From positions 96,001 through 160,000 of the forward strand of contig CAXXKD010000001.1 of assembly GCA_963422375.2 (NCBI GenBank): a stretch of DNA of 64,000 bases, in the 5' to 3' direction. The notes under the pieces were generated by a model that was not told where the DNA came from, ran no database searches, and saw only the letters and a program-made list of their open reading frames with translations. The DNA is from Bryobacterales bacterium. Lineage in GTDB: Bacteria > Acidobacteriota > Terriglobia > Bryobacterales > UBA6623. Made by a program: the position numbers and the translations under genes. Of the stretch, positions 39,725 to 48,570 are shown one piece after another (position 1 is the first letter of the stretch; the number at the start of each line of letters is the position of its first letter).

Positions 39725-40498
39725 TTGCGCGTCGCAACCTGGAACGTGAACGGCCTGCGGGCGCGACTCGGGTACGTCCTCGGCTGGCTGCGGGCGAGGC
39801 AGCCCGACGTCGTGGGCCTCCAGGAACTGAAGCTGCGCGACGAGCAGTTCCCCGCGTCCGCGTTCGAAGACCTGGGCTACCGGGCCGCGACGCACGGCCA
39901 GAAGGCCTGGAACGGGGTGGCGATCCTTGCCCGGGAGCCTCTCGCGGTCACTCAGGTAGGGCTGCCCGGCCAGGAGGACCTCGGCGCCCGCTTGCTGACC
40001 GCGGAAGTGGGCGGCCTGTCCTTCACGACCGTCTACGTGCCGAACGGCAAGACGCTGGAGCACCCGGATTTCCCCCGCAAGCTGGCTTGGCTGGACGACC
40101 TCGCGAAGCACTTCGGCGAGCGCCAGGCGCCGGACCGCGCCGCCATCTTGTGCGGCGACTTCAACGTCGCCCCCGCCGGCATCGACACCTGGGACGAGGA
40201 GCGGCTCGCCGGAACGCTGTTCCACACTGAATCCGAACGCGAGCGGCTTGCGTACCTGCTACAATGGGGCCTAAAGGATCTATTCCGGCACAGGCATCCC
40301 GACAAGAAGATGTTCTCTTGGTGGGACTACCGCGCCGGGGCCTTCTACCGTAATCTAGGCCTGCGGATTGACTTCCTGCTGGGCACGGCGACCATCGTCG
40401 AGCGGCTGGAGTCGGTTTGCATCGACCGCGACTACCGCAAGAAGAAGGACGGCTTGGTCGCGTCGGACCACGCCCCTGTCATCGCGGATCTCTCCTGA
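39725..40498 (+). CDS. xth: Exodeoxyribonuclease III / AP endonuclease
   Basis: ATWNVNG, LQELK, YVPNG, GDFNVAP, FSWWDYR, GLRID, SDHAPV. Confidence 0.95.
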   Translation: MRVATWNVNGLRARLGYVLGWLRARQPDVVGLQELKLRDEQFPASAFEDLGYRAATHGQKAWNGVAILAREPLAVTQVGLPGQEDLGARLLTAEVGGLSFTTVYVPNGKTLEHPDFPRKLAWLDDLAKHFGERQAPDRAAILCGDFNVAPAGIDTWDEERLAGTLFHTESERERLAYLLQWGLKDLFRHRHPDKKMFSWWDYRAGAFYRNLGLRIDFLLGTATIVERLESVCIDRDYRKKKDGLVASDHAPVIADLS

Positions 40499-40548
40499 GC
40501 ATCTTCCGATCGTGCGAATCTGACTGAAAGGGGTCGCAACAACCAATC

Positions 40549-41325
40549 ATGCGTAGCACCCGATGCTTCCGCGCCCTGCTTGGGCTGGCGGTGCTGGGCG
40601 TTCTCCCGTCCGGCCTGTCCGGTCAGGACGATCCCGCTTCCCAGCGTCGTAGCCCGAGGGTCGAGTTCGAGAGATTCTCCATGGGCTTCCGCCTCGGCTA
40701 CCAGGTCACCGCCCAGATCACGGAGGGCACCGACGAGCAGACCAGTACCTCCACGATCCCGGCCACCCTGTTCAAGGCCACCTCCGAGCCCCAGCAGGAC
40801 TCGTGGGGCATGGGCGGCGGCGTGCAGTTCAACATCCTCCCGCGCTGGGGCGTCACGGCCGATCTCATCGCCCACAGCATCCGGTTCAGGACGGGCACGC
40901 GCATCGAGCGGCGCGAGACGGCGACCCGCGGCAGGCAGCTGATACTGAACGAGTTCCTAGTAACGGAGGCGAACCACTGGGACATCCCGGTGACGGTTCG
41001 ATACTACCTGAACGGCCCGCGGCAGAGAGCGCGGCCTTTCATCTCCGGTGGCGTCGCGATGCGCATGGTTCGGAACGCAAAGGCGACGCGCGAGATCGGG
41101 GCCATCGACGGAGGGGAGAGCGAGTTCGTGGCAGTGACCCCGAAAGTGGCGTCCGAAACCACCATGGGCGCGGTCGGCGGCCTTGGTTTCGAACTGATCG
41201 ACGACATCAAGCTCAAGCTGAGCGTGGAGGGGCGCTACATGCGCTGGCAGAACAAGTCGTTCGAGATCGGCTTGGCCAACGCCCTGCGCAACCACGTGGA
41301 GATCGTCGTAGGGCTCTCCTGGTAG
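40549..41325 (+). CDS. Outer-membrane beta-barrel protein
   Basis: Signal peptide, alternating beta-strands (WDIPVTVRYY, RPFISGG, VEGRYMRW), terminal aromatic GLSW. Confidence 0.82.
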   Translation: MRSTRCFRALLGLAVLGVLPSGLSGQDDPASQRRSPRVEFERFSMGFRLGYQVTAQITEGTDEQTSTSTIPATLFKATSEPQQDSWGMGGGVQFNILPRWGVTADLIAHSIRFRTGTRIERRETATRGRQLILNEFLVTEANHWDIPVTVRYYLNGPRQRARPFISGGVAMRMVRNAKATREIGAIDGGESEFVAVTPKVASETTMGAVGGLGFELIDDIKLKLSVEGRYMRWQNKSFEIGLANALRNHVEIVVGLSW

Positions 41326-41493
41326 CCGGGCCGCATCGGACGGCGAGCCCGGCCCGAAACACGGCGCAGCCGCCTTCCCCGGGCGGGCCCTCGCCAAGGC
41401 ACGGCGGACGCCCGCGGCAGGACATGCGCCCCTAGGCGGCGGGAAAGGTCGCCCGCGAATCCGGTCGGCATCGGACTGATACTATCGCGAGAG

Positions 41494-43620
41494 ATGCCGA
41501 ACCGGCTCGCGCTCGAAACCAGCCCCTACCTGCTCCAGCACGCCGAGAATCCCGTTGACTGGTATGCGTGGGGCGAGGAGGCCCTCGCGCGGGCCCGCCG
41601 GGAGGACAAGCCGATCTTCCTGAGCATCGGGTACGCCGCTTGCCACTGGTGCCATGTCATGGAGCGGGAATCCTTCGAGGACGAAGGCGTAGCCGACATC
41701 CTCAACGAGGGCTTCGTCTCGATCAAGGTGGACCGCGAGGAGCGGCCCGACCTCGACGAGATTTACATGGCGGCGACGATGCTTTTCTCGGGCGGGCACG
41801 GCGGTTGGCCGATGAGCGTATTCCTCGCGCCGACGCTGAAACCGCTCTACGCAGGAACCTACTTTCCGAAGGATGACGGGCACGGCCGGCCCGGGTTCAA
41901 GACGTTGCTGCGGTTCCTGCTGGCGAAATGGGGCGGCGAGAGGCCCGCGCTTCTGGACGGCGCCGAACGGGTCACGCAGGCCATGGTCGACATGAACCGC
42001 CGTGAGGCCGGGGAGTCGCTGCCCGGGCCGGAGCACGTCGTCACCGCGGCCAGCGCGATCTTCCGAGCGGTCGACCACTCGCAGGGCGGCATAGCGAGCG
42101 GAAGCAACAAGTTTCCGCAGTCCATGTCGCTGGAACTGCTCCTGAGGGCATACCGGGCCACCGGCGAAGCCCGCTACCGCGCAGCGGTGGACCTGACGCT
42201 GGAGCGCATTTGCTCGGGCGGGATTTACGACCATCTCGGCGGCGGCCTTCATCGCTACGCGACGGATCCCCGCTGGCTTGTGCCGCACTTCGAGAAAATG
42301 CTCTACGACCAGGCACTGGTCGTATCCGTCCTCCTCGACGCGTGGCAGGCCACCCAGGACGGCTCCAGGAAGCGCCTCTTCGCGAGCCGGGCCCGCGGCA
42401 TCTGCGATTACGTGCTGCGCGACTTGCGCAGTCCGGAGGGGGCCTTCTACTCCAGCGAGGACGCTGACAGCGAGGGCAAGGAAGGCAAGTTCTACGTCTG
42501 GACCCGCGAGGAGATCGAGGGTGCGCTCGGGCCCGACGACGCCCGTCTCTTCGCCTCGCACTACGACGTGTCCGCCCACGGCAATTGGATGCATCCCGGC
42601 GATGCTCACGTGCCCGCCGGCCCGAAGAACGTGCTGCATGTGGTCCGCCCGGCGGAAGTGATCGCGGGACTGGACCGCATCGACGTCGAGTCGGTGGAGG
42701 CATCGCTGGCCCGTTCCAAGGCCCGGCTGCTGGAACTGCGGACCTGCAGGGTGCGTCCGGCACGGGACGACAAGGTGCTCACGGGTTGGAACGGCCTGAT
42801 GATCGCCGCCCTGGCGAAGGCCGCGGCCGTGCTGCAGGAGCCCCGGTACGGCGACGCTGCCGCGCGGGCGGCCGACTTCCTGCTGCGCGAGCTGCGCCGG
42901 GACGGCCGGCTGCTCGCCACCTTCGGACGCGGCCAGGCGCGCCTGGCCGCCTACAGCACGGACTACGCGTTCCTCGTGGAGGGCTTGCTGGCGGCCTACG
43001 AGTGGAGCGGCGACCCGCGCTACCTGTTCGAATCGGAGAGCCTAGCCGACGCGCTGATCGAGCATTACTGGGACAGCGACCTCGGGGGCTTCTTCCTCAC
43101 GGCATCCGATCACGAGGAGTTGCTGCTGAGGAACAACACCGTCCAGGACGGAGCCACCCCGTCGGCCAATTCCGTCATGGCGCTGTGTTTCCAGAAGCTG
43201 GCCGTCCTGCTAGGCCGAGCGGACTTCCGGAATCGGGCCGGGTCGATACTGAAGGCCTTCGTTGATCCCTCCGCGCGCTTGGTATTCCAGCAGGAGCGCC
43301 TGCTATGCGCCTTGGACGACTGGCACCGGGGCTGGGACGAGATCGCCGTGGTCGGGCCGAGGGACGATCGCCGCACGCAGGCGCTGCTGACCCGCGTGCA
43401 TCGCGACTACCGCCCGAGCAAGGTCGTGGCGCTTCTGGCGCGGCCGGGCTCCGCCGAAGCGCGGGGGCTGCCCCTGCTCGCGGCCCGCGGCTTGGTCGAC
43501 GGCCGGCCCGCGGCGTACGTCTGCCGGAACTACGCCTGCGAGAGGCCTGTCACCGATCCGGAGGCCCTGTTCCCAGTGTCTCGCCCCGCACCGGCTCCCG
43601 GGCCGGCTCGGGCGAATTGA
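41494..43620 (+). CDS. Thioredoxin-domain YyaL/SSP411 family protein
   Basis: [57 protein letters not shown]. Confidence 0.95.
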   Translation: MPNRLALETSPYLLQHAENPVDWYAWGEEALARARREDKPIFLSIGYAACHWCHVMERESFEDEGVADILNEGFVSIKVDREERPDLDEIYMAATMLFSGGHGGWPMSVFLAPTLKPLYAGTYFPKDDGHGRPGFKTLLRFLLAKWGGERPALLDGAERVTQAMVDMNRREAGESLPGPEHVVTAASAIFRAVDHSQGGIASGSNKFPQSMSLELLLRAYRATGEARYRAAVDLTLERICSGGIYDHLGGGLHRYATDPRWLVPHFEKMLYDQALVVSVLLDAWQATQDGSRKRLFASRARGICDYVLRDLRSPEGAFYSSEDADSEGKEGKFYVWTREEIEGALGPDDARLFASHYDVSAHGNWMHPGDAHVPAGPKNVLHVVRPAEVIAGLDRIDVESVEASLARSKARLLELRTCRVRPARDDKVLTGWNGLMIAALAKAAAVLQEPRYGDAAARAADFLLRELRRDGRLLATFGRGQARLAAYSTDYAFLVEGLLAAYEWSGDPRYLFESESLADALIEHYWDSDLGGFFLTASDHEELLLRNNTVQDGATPSANSVMALCFQKLAVLLGRADFRNRAGSILKAFVDPSARLVFQQERLLCALDDWHRGWDEIAVVGPRDDRRTQALLTRVHRDYRPSKVVALLARPGSAEARGLPLLAARGLVDGRPAAYVCRNYACERPVTDPEALFPVSRPAPAPGPARAN

Positions 43621-44042
43621 ACGTGTCGACGACCGAACCCGCCGGCCGCCCCGGCTGTTCGGCCGTGGCCGTGCGCCCGGCGAGGCCCGGCGAAATGGCC
43701 CGGATTCGCGATCTGATCGCGCTGTTTCCTCGCGACCTCCTCCAGTCCGACCTGCCTAGGTTCCCATCCTTCTTCGTGGCCGAGCAAGGCGGCTCGATCA
43801 TCGGATGCTGCGCGTTGCAGGTCTATTCCAAGAGGCTGGCGGAAGTTCGCAGCCTTGCGGTTCACCCCGACTATCGCGGGAAGGGCGTGGCCGGCCGCCT
43901 TGTCGACGCCTGCCGCGCGAGAGGGCGCGAGCGGGGAATCAAGCAGCTGCTCGCGGTTACGAGCGAGCCGAAGTTCTTCGAGGCGCGGGGCTTCACCGTC
44001 CACTCGGGCTGGAGGACCGCGGTCTTCTCCGATCTTGAATGA
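43617..44042 (+). CDS. GNAT N-acetyltransferase (short ArgA-like)
   Basis: IIGCCAL...[30 protein letters not shown]; start TTG 43617 or GTG 43623. Confidence 0.85.
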   Translation: MNVSTTEPAGRPGCSAVAVRPARPGEMARIRDLIALFPRDLLQSDLPRFPSFFVAEQGGSIIGCCALQVYSKRLAEVRSLAVHPDYRGKGVAGRLVDACRARGRERGIKQLLAVTSEPKFFEARGFTVHSGWRTAVFSDLE

Positions 44043-44074
44043 GGGCAAGCGGGTCTCGCGATTCGGAAGCCATG

Positions 44075-44107
44075 GTCAGACGCGATGGAAAGTCAGACGC
44101 GATGGAA
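44075..44107. repeat. 17-bp-period tandem duplication
   Basis: GTCAGACGCGATGGAA-A-GTCAGACGCGATGGAA. Confidence 0.9.
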
Positions 44108-44520
44108 CTCTGCCAATTCGCCGACCGAATCCAAGTGCAGGCCCAATCGACGCGCGCCGGGATCACCCCCGGATATGACGGATGCGGTATCCGCGCGGCG
44201 ATCCGTTCGAGGGGGTCCGGCATGCACCCTGCCGGCCTGCCCGCGCTTGTCGCAGCGCGGCCCACGACGCGGAACGCCCCAGGCTGCCCCCGCGTCGCGG
44301 GCCGCATGCCGCACATCGAGTCATTGACCTGCTGCAGCGAATCCGCACGGACGCGGCGGTCGCCGGTGGCGCGCCGGCCGGTCGCCATTGCCTCGTCAAT
44401 CAAGGTCGGAAGCGGCTAGGCGGCCACCAGTCGGTCCGCTGCCGACCGGGTCGGCCCCGGTCCGGCTGTGGCACCATAGGACTCGGGCCTGCCTCCGCAG
44501 GCGCGTCGCGGCGAGCGGGC

Positions 44521-45012
44521 GTGCATTGGAGTCGCACAATCCTGGTTGGCGGACTGGGCGGCGCCGTCCTCGTCGCCGGCCTGATCGTCCTCTACAACTG
44601 GGGCGCCACCCCCCGCCTGTCGGGCGAGATCACGGAGGTGCGGACGCTCGGGATGGACAAGGCGAGCTCCGTGGCGATCGTCAACTTCGAGGCGTCGAAC
44701 ACGTCGAACTACGAGCTCTCGATCAGTCGGCGCGAAATGGCGGTGGTGGACTCCTCGGGCAACCTTCTGGAAGGCCGGATCCTGAGCGTCTTCGACGTTC
44801 AGAGCCTGTTCAAGTACTTCCCGGCGCTCGGGGGCATGAAGGACGAGCCCTTGCTGGACCGGAGCTTCCTCGATCCCGGCGAGACGATTCGCGGCCTGGT
44901 CGCCGCCCGCTTCGAGATTCCCAAGCACGAGCTCGACTCGCGTCGGGAGCTCGTGGTCCGCACGGTCGATGTCAAGCACCGGAAGACCGAGATACGCAAT
45001 TCAAGCGACTAG
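44521..45012 (+). CDS. Membrane-anchored hypothetical protein
   Basis: N-terminal TM helix then beta-rich domain; host-like codon usage from GTG 44521. Start uncertain. Confidence 0.72.
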   Translation: MHWSRTILVGGLGGAVLVAGLIVLYNWGATPRLSGEITEVRTLGMDKASSVAIVNFEASNTSNYELSISRREMAVVDSSGNLLEGRILSVFDVQSLFKYFPALGGMKDEPLLDRSFLDPGETIRGLVAARFEIPKHELDSRRELVVRTVDVKHRKTEIRNSSD

Positions 45013-45022
45013 GATCTGCATC

Positions 45023-45385
45023 GTGTACAGCGAGGCTCTTCTCGACCATTTCCGGAACCCGCGGCGAGTCGGATCTCTGGACGCGCCGGCCGTGACGGTG
45101 CGCGTGGAGAACCCCATCTGCGGGGACATCATGACGCTGTCGGCCATGGTTGCCGACGGGACGGTTCGCGACGCGCGGTTCCGGGTGCGCGGATGCACGG
45201 CCTCGATCGCGGCCGGTTCGGCGCTGACCGGGATACTGATCGGACGGTCGGCGAAAGAGCTCTCCCGCATCGTGCCGGAACTGGTCGAGAGCGCGCTTGG
45301 CGGGCTGCCCAACGAGTCCAAGCACGCGGCTAGGCTCGCTGCCGACGCGGCCAGGGCCCTAGCGGACAGCCTTCCGGCGGACTGA
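45023..45385 (+). CDS. IscU/SufU-like Fe-S scaffold protein
   Basis: YSEALLDHFRNPRRVG, NPICGD, RGCTASIAAGS. Confidence 0.88.
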   Translation: MYSEALLDHFRNPRRVGSLDAPAVTVRVENPICGDIMTLSAMVADGTVRDARFRVRGCTASIAAGSALTGILIGRSAKELSRIVPELVESALGGLPNESKHAARLAADAARALADSLPAD

Positions 45386-45416
45386 CAGCGCTGCGGCCCG
45401 CGCTCGGCGGGTGCCG

Positions 45417-46763
45417 CTAGGTGGCCCTCTGCCTGTCCCGGTCGTCGTGGAAGATCGCGACGAATAGCGCCAGCACCAGCGCGGACAGGACGGCCGGCAG
45501 CGCCCAGATGGCCCGCCAGTCGATCAGCCCTTGGGCCTCGTGCAGCTTTGCCGACTGCTCGTCTTGGATCTCCCGGATGCGCGGCCCGTCCGATCCGGAC
45601 TCCTCGAGGCGGGACAGCTCGCTCCCCAGTACTTGGACCTCGGCCATCAGCTCGCGAGTCTGCGGCGGGGTGTTGCGCTCGTCCCAGACGCCTGCGACCC
45701 GAGCGCCAATCAGCATGCCGAGTCCGAGCGTGAACAGCACCAGCATGCCCTGGGCTTGGGCCCGGATCTCCTTCCTGGCCGCCAGGTCGGTGTAGATCTG
45801 CCCGGTGACGAACAGGAAGTCGTAGCAGATGCCGTGCAGGATGATGCCGCCGTACATCATCCACACGATGGCGTCCGGAGTTCCGATTGCGAAAAGGGCG
45901 TAGCGGGTCAGCCAGGCCAGCATGCCCACGGCGAGCATCCACTTCACCCCCAGCTTCCGGAAGAAGAACGGCATCAGCAGCATGAAGAGGATCTCGGAGA
46001 CCTGCCCGTAGCTCATCGCCTGGGTCACGTCCTCGATTCCCGCCAGCTGAACCGCCTTGGCCGCGAGCTGGAAGTAGAACGCGAGCGGGATGCAGATCAG
46101 GAACGTGCTGAGCATGAAGATCGCGTAGGAAGGCTTGCGGAGGAGCTCGAACGCGTCGGCTCCCGCGAGCTGGCGCCATGAAGCGCTCCGGCCCTTGGAG
46201 GGGGGCGGCGTGCGCGGGAGGCTCAGGCTATAGGCTCCCATCAGGATGCCCGCGGCGCCCGTCAGCTGGAACATTTCGCGCCGGTCGCCCCATCCGACCC
46301 AAGCCAGGGCGAAGCCCGCCGCGATCCAGCCGATCGTCCCGAACACCCGGATCAGCGGGAACTCCTTTCGGGAGTCCGTCATGTGATGCAGCGCGAGCGC
46401 ATTCGTCAGAGCCAGCGTCGGGAAGTAGCACAGCGTGTGACCGAGGAACACCAGATTGATCAGGTCCGGCGACGCGGGCGCGGCCGGATTCATGAGCGCC
46501 GCGGCGAGCAGCATGAAGCTCCCTCCGACGACGTGCAGGACGCACAACATGCGCTCCGTCGCGAAGTACCGGTCGGCCACCATGCCGACGAAGAACGGCG
46601 ACACCATGCAGGCGATCGGCCCTACGGCGTAGGTCCAGCCCAGGTCGCTTCCGCTGAAGCCGATCTTGACGAGGTAGAGCGGCGCCCCGACGTACCAGGC
46701 CCCCCAAGTGAAGAACTGGAGGAACATCATCGCGCCGAGGCGCGGGCCCATGCCTGCCTGCAT
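45417..46763 (-). CDS. MFS nucleoside:H+ symporter family permease (NupG/XapB-like)
   Basis: MMFLQFFTWGAW, GMVADRYF, FPLIRVFGTIGWI, MSYGQVSE, LHGICYDF. Confidence 0.9.
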   Translation of the reverse strand: MQAGMGPRLGAMMFLQFFTWGAWYVGAPLYLVKIGFSGSDLGWTYAVGPIACMVSPFFVGMVADRYFATERMLCVLHVVGGSFMLLAAALMNPAAPASPDLINLVFLGHTLCYFPTLALTNALALHHMTDSRKEFPLIRVFGTIGWIAAGFALAWVGWGDRREMFQLTGAAGILMGAYSLSLPRTPPPSKGRSASWRQLAGADAFELLRKPSYAIFMLSTFLICIPLAFYFQLAAKAVQLAGIEDVTQAMSYGQVSEILFMLLMPFFFRKLGVKWMLAVGMLAWLTRYALFAIGTPDAIVWMMYGGIILHGICYDFLFVTGQIYTDLAARKEIRAQAQGMLVLFTLGLGMLIGARVAGVWDERNTPPQTRELMAEVQVLGSELSRLEESGSDGPRIREIQDEQSAKLHEAQGLIDWRAIWALPAVLSALVLALFVAIFHDDRDRQRAT

Positions 46764-46800
46764 CGCCCTATCGTAGATGACCTGTCTTACGATGATGCCG
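46764..46800. promoter_or_regulatory. Symmetric bidirectional promoter region
   Basis: TACGAT on both strands (46770-46775 minus, 46788-46793 plus), 6-7 nt from divergent ATGs. Confidence 0.55.
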
Positions 46801-47346
46801 ATGGCCCGAGTTCGCGTGCCGCCTGGAAAGATCGCGGGCGAGGCCCTGTACGAGTACGCCTTGCGGGCCCTGGGCCGCCGGGCCCACACGCTGGCCGAGC
46901 TCGAGGCCAAGCTGCGCCGCCGCTCCGTGGCGGAAGAGGATGTCGAGTTCGTGGTCGGGCGCCTGCGGGAGCACGGGTATCTGGACGACACCCGTGTCGC
47001 TGAGGTCCATTCGTCGGTCCGGCGCGGCTTTCACTTGCTCGGCAGGAAGCGCGTGCTGGACGAACTGGAGCGACGGGGCGTGGACGAAGCGACGGCCGAG
47101 GGCGCCGTGTCCGAAGCGTACGAGGACTGCGACGAGTCCGAGCTCGCCAAGGCCTTCCTGCGGCGCAAGCTCGGCGCCTCGCCCGAGGGCGGCGCGGTCC
47201 GGGATCCGAAGCGCCTGGCGCGGCTGTACCGGTCCTTGGCGCGGGCCGGGTTCGACCCGTCGGCGGCTCGCGACGCCCTCAGGGATATATCCGGGAATGC
47301 GGAGGCGCTGGAAGCCTTGGAGGAGAGGGTCGGTGAGGGGAACTAG
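46801..47346 (+). CDS. recX: Regulatory protein RecX
   Basis: YALRALGRRAHTLAEL..KL, GRLREHGYLDDTRVA, GRKRVLDELERRGV, LYRSLARAGF. Confidence 0.88.
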   Translation: MARVRVPPGKIAGEALYEYALRALGRRAHTLAELEAKLRRRSVAEEDVEFVVGRLREHGYLDDTRVAEVHSSVRRGFHLLGRKRVLDELERRGVDEATAEGAVSEAYEDCDESELAKAFLRRKLGASPEGGAVRDPKRLARLYRSLARAGFDPSAARDALRDISGNAEALEALEERVGEGN

Positions 47347-47386
47347 CACCCGCGCGCCCGGCCCGGCCCGCGACAGGCCGGAGAGC

Positions 47387-48535
47387 ATGCTGGTCGCCGG
47401 AATCATGAGCGGCACCTCGGCCGACGGGATCGACGTCGCCCTAGCTCAGATCTCCGGTCGGGGTTTCTCGCTGGACGTGCGCACTGTCGCGTTCCACTCG
47501 CTGCCATACCGGGAGTCGGTGCGGCAAGAGATTCTCGCCGTCACGGAGGCGGCGTTGCCCGCGGCTCGCGTCAGCCAGCTGCACTTCCTGCTGGGCGAGG
47601 CCTTCGGGTCTGCGGTTGTCGGAGCCTGCTCGCGGTCCGGGGTGCGGCTAGCGGATCTGGACTTGATCGGATCCCACGGCCAGACGATCTACCATCAGCC
47701 GGATCCGACCGACTGCTGCGGCTCCGCCGTCCGGAGCACCCTGCAGATCGGCGAAGCGGCCTTGATCGCGCGCAGCACGGGCGCGCCCGTGGTCTCCGAC
47801 TTCCGCCCGGCGGATCTTGCCGCGGGCGGCCAGGGAGCGCCTCTCGTTCCGTTCGCGGACTACGTCCTGTTCCGTGATCCGGACGTCAGTCGCGTCGCGC
47901 TCAACATCGGGGGCATCGCCAACGTCACCGTCATTCCCGCCGGCGCGGGGCCGGAGGAAGTGAGCGCGTTCGACACGGGCCCGGGCAACATGGTCATGGA
48001 CGGGCTGGTCGGAGCGCTGACGGGCGGAGCCGAGCGCTTCGACCGCGACGGGAGAATGGCGGCGCGAGGAACGGTCGACGAGGGCCTGCTCGGGTATCTG
48101 CTGGACGATCCCTATTTCGATCTGGCTCCGCCCAAGAGCACGGGCAGGGAACGGTTCGGCGTTGCGTTCGTGGAGCGCCTGCTCCGCACGGGACTGGCCG
48201 GCGAGACTCTCGTGGCGACCGCCACCCAGCTGACGGCCCGCTCGGTCGCCGGGGCTCTCGAGGCGTTCGCCCCACGGGTCGAGCGGATCGACGAACTGGT
48301 GGTGTCCGGCGGCGGCTGGCGGAATCCCGCGATCATCGGGGCGATCCGCTCGCTGCTCCCCGCCGTTCGGGTGCGCCCCAGCGACGACTTCGGAGTCGAG
48401 CATGCAGCCAAGGAGGCGGTGGCGTTCGCGATTCTCGCCTACGAGACCTATCACGGTCGGCCGTCCAGCCTGCCCTCCGCGACGGGGGCGTCGGGGCATG
48501 CGGTCTTGGGCAAGGTCGCGCTCCCGCCTTGCTGA
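47387..48535 (+). CDS. anmK: Anhydro-N-acetylmuramic acid kinase
   Basis: GIMSGTSADGID, GSHGQTIYH, GGQGAPLVP, NIGGIAN, FDTGPGN, KSTGRE, KEAVAFA. Confidence 0.96.
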   Translation: MLVAGIMSGTSADGIDVALAQISGRGFSLDVRTVAFHSLPYRESVRQEILAVTEAALPAARVSQLHFLLGEAFGSAVVGACSRSGVRLADLDLIGSHGQTIYHQPDPTDCCGSAVRSTLQIGEAALIARSTGAPVVSDFRPADLAAGGQGAPLVPFADYVLFRDPDVSRVALNIGGIANVTVIPAGAGPEEVSAFDTGPGNMVMDGLVGALTGGAERFDRDGRMAARGTVDEGLLGYLLDDPYFDLAPPKSTGRERFGVAFVERLLRTGLAGETLVATATQLTARSVAGALEAFAPRVERIDELVVSGGGWRNPAIIGAIRSLLPAVRVRPSDDFGVEHAAKEAVAFAILAYETYHGRPSSLPSATGASGHAVLGKVALPPC

Positions 48536-48570
48536 GGAGAGCCGCAGGCTGGGAGTCAGGCCCGTCCGCG

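Noticed and set aside
40498..40530. SigmaE-like promoter (TCTGA) before the beta-barrel gene
   Set aside because: The -35 match is too weak to support a call.
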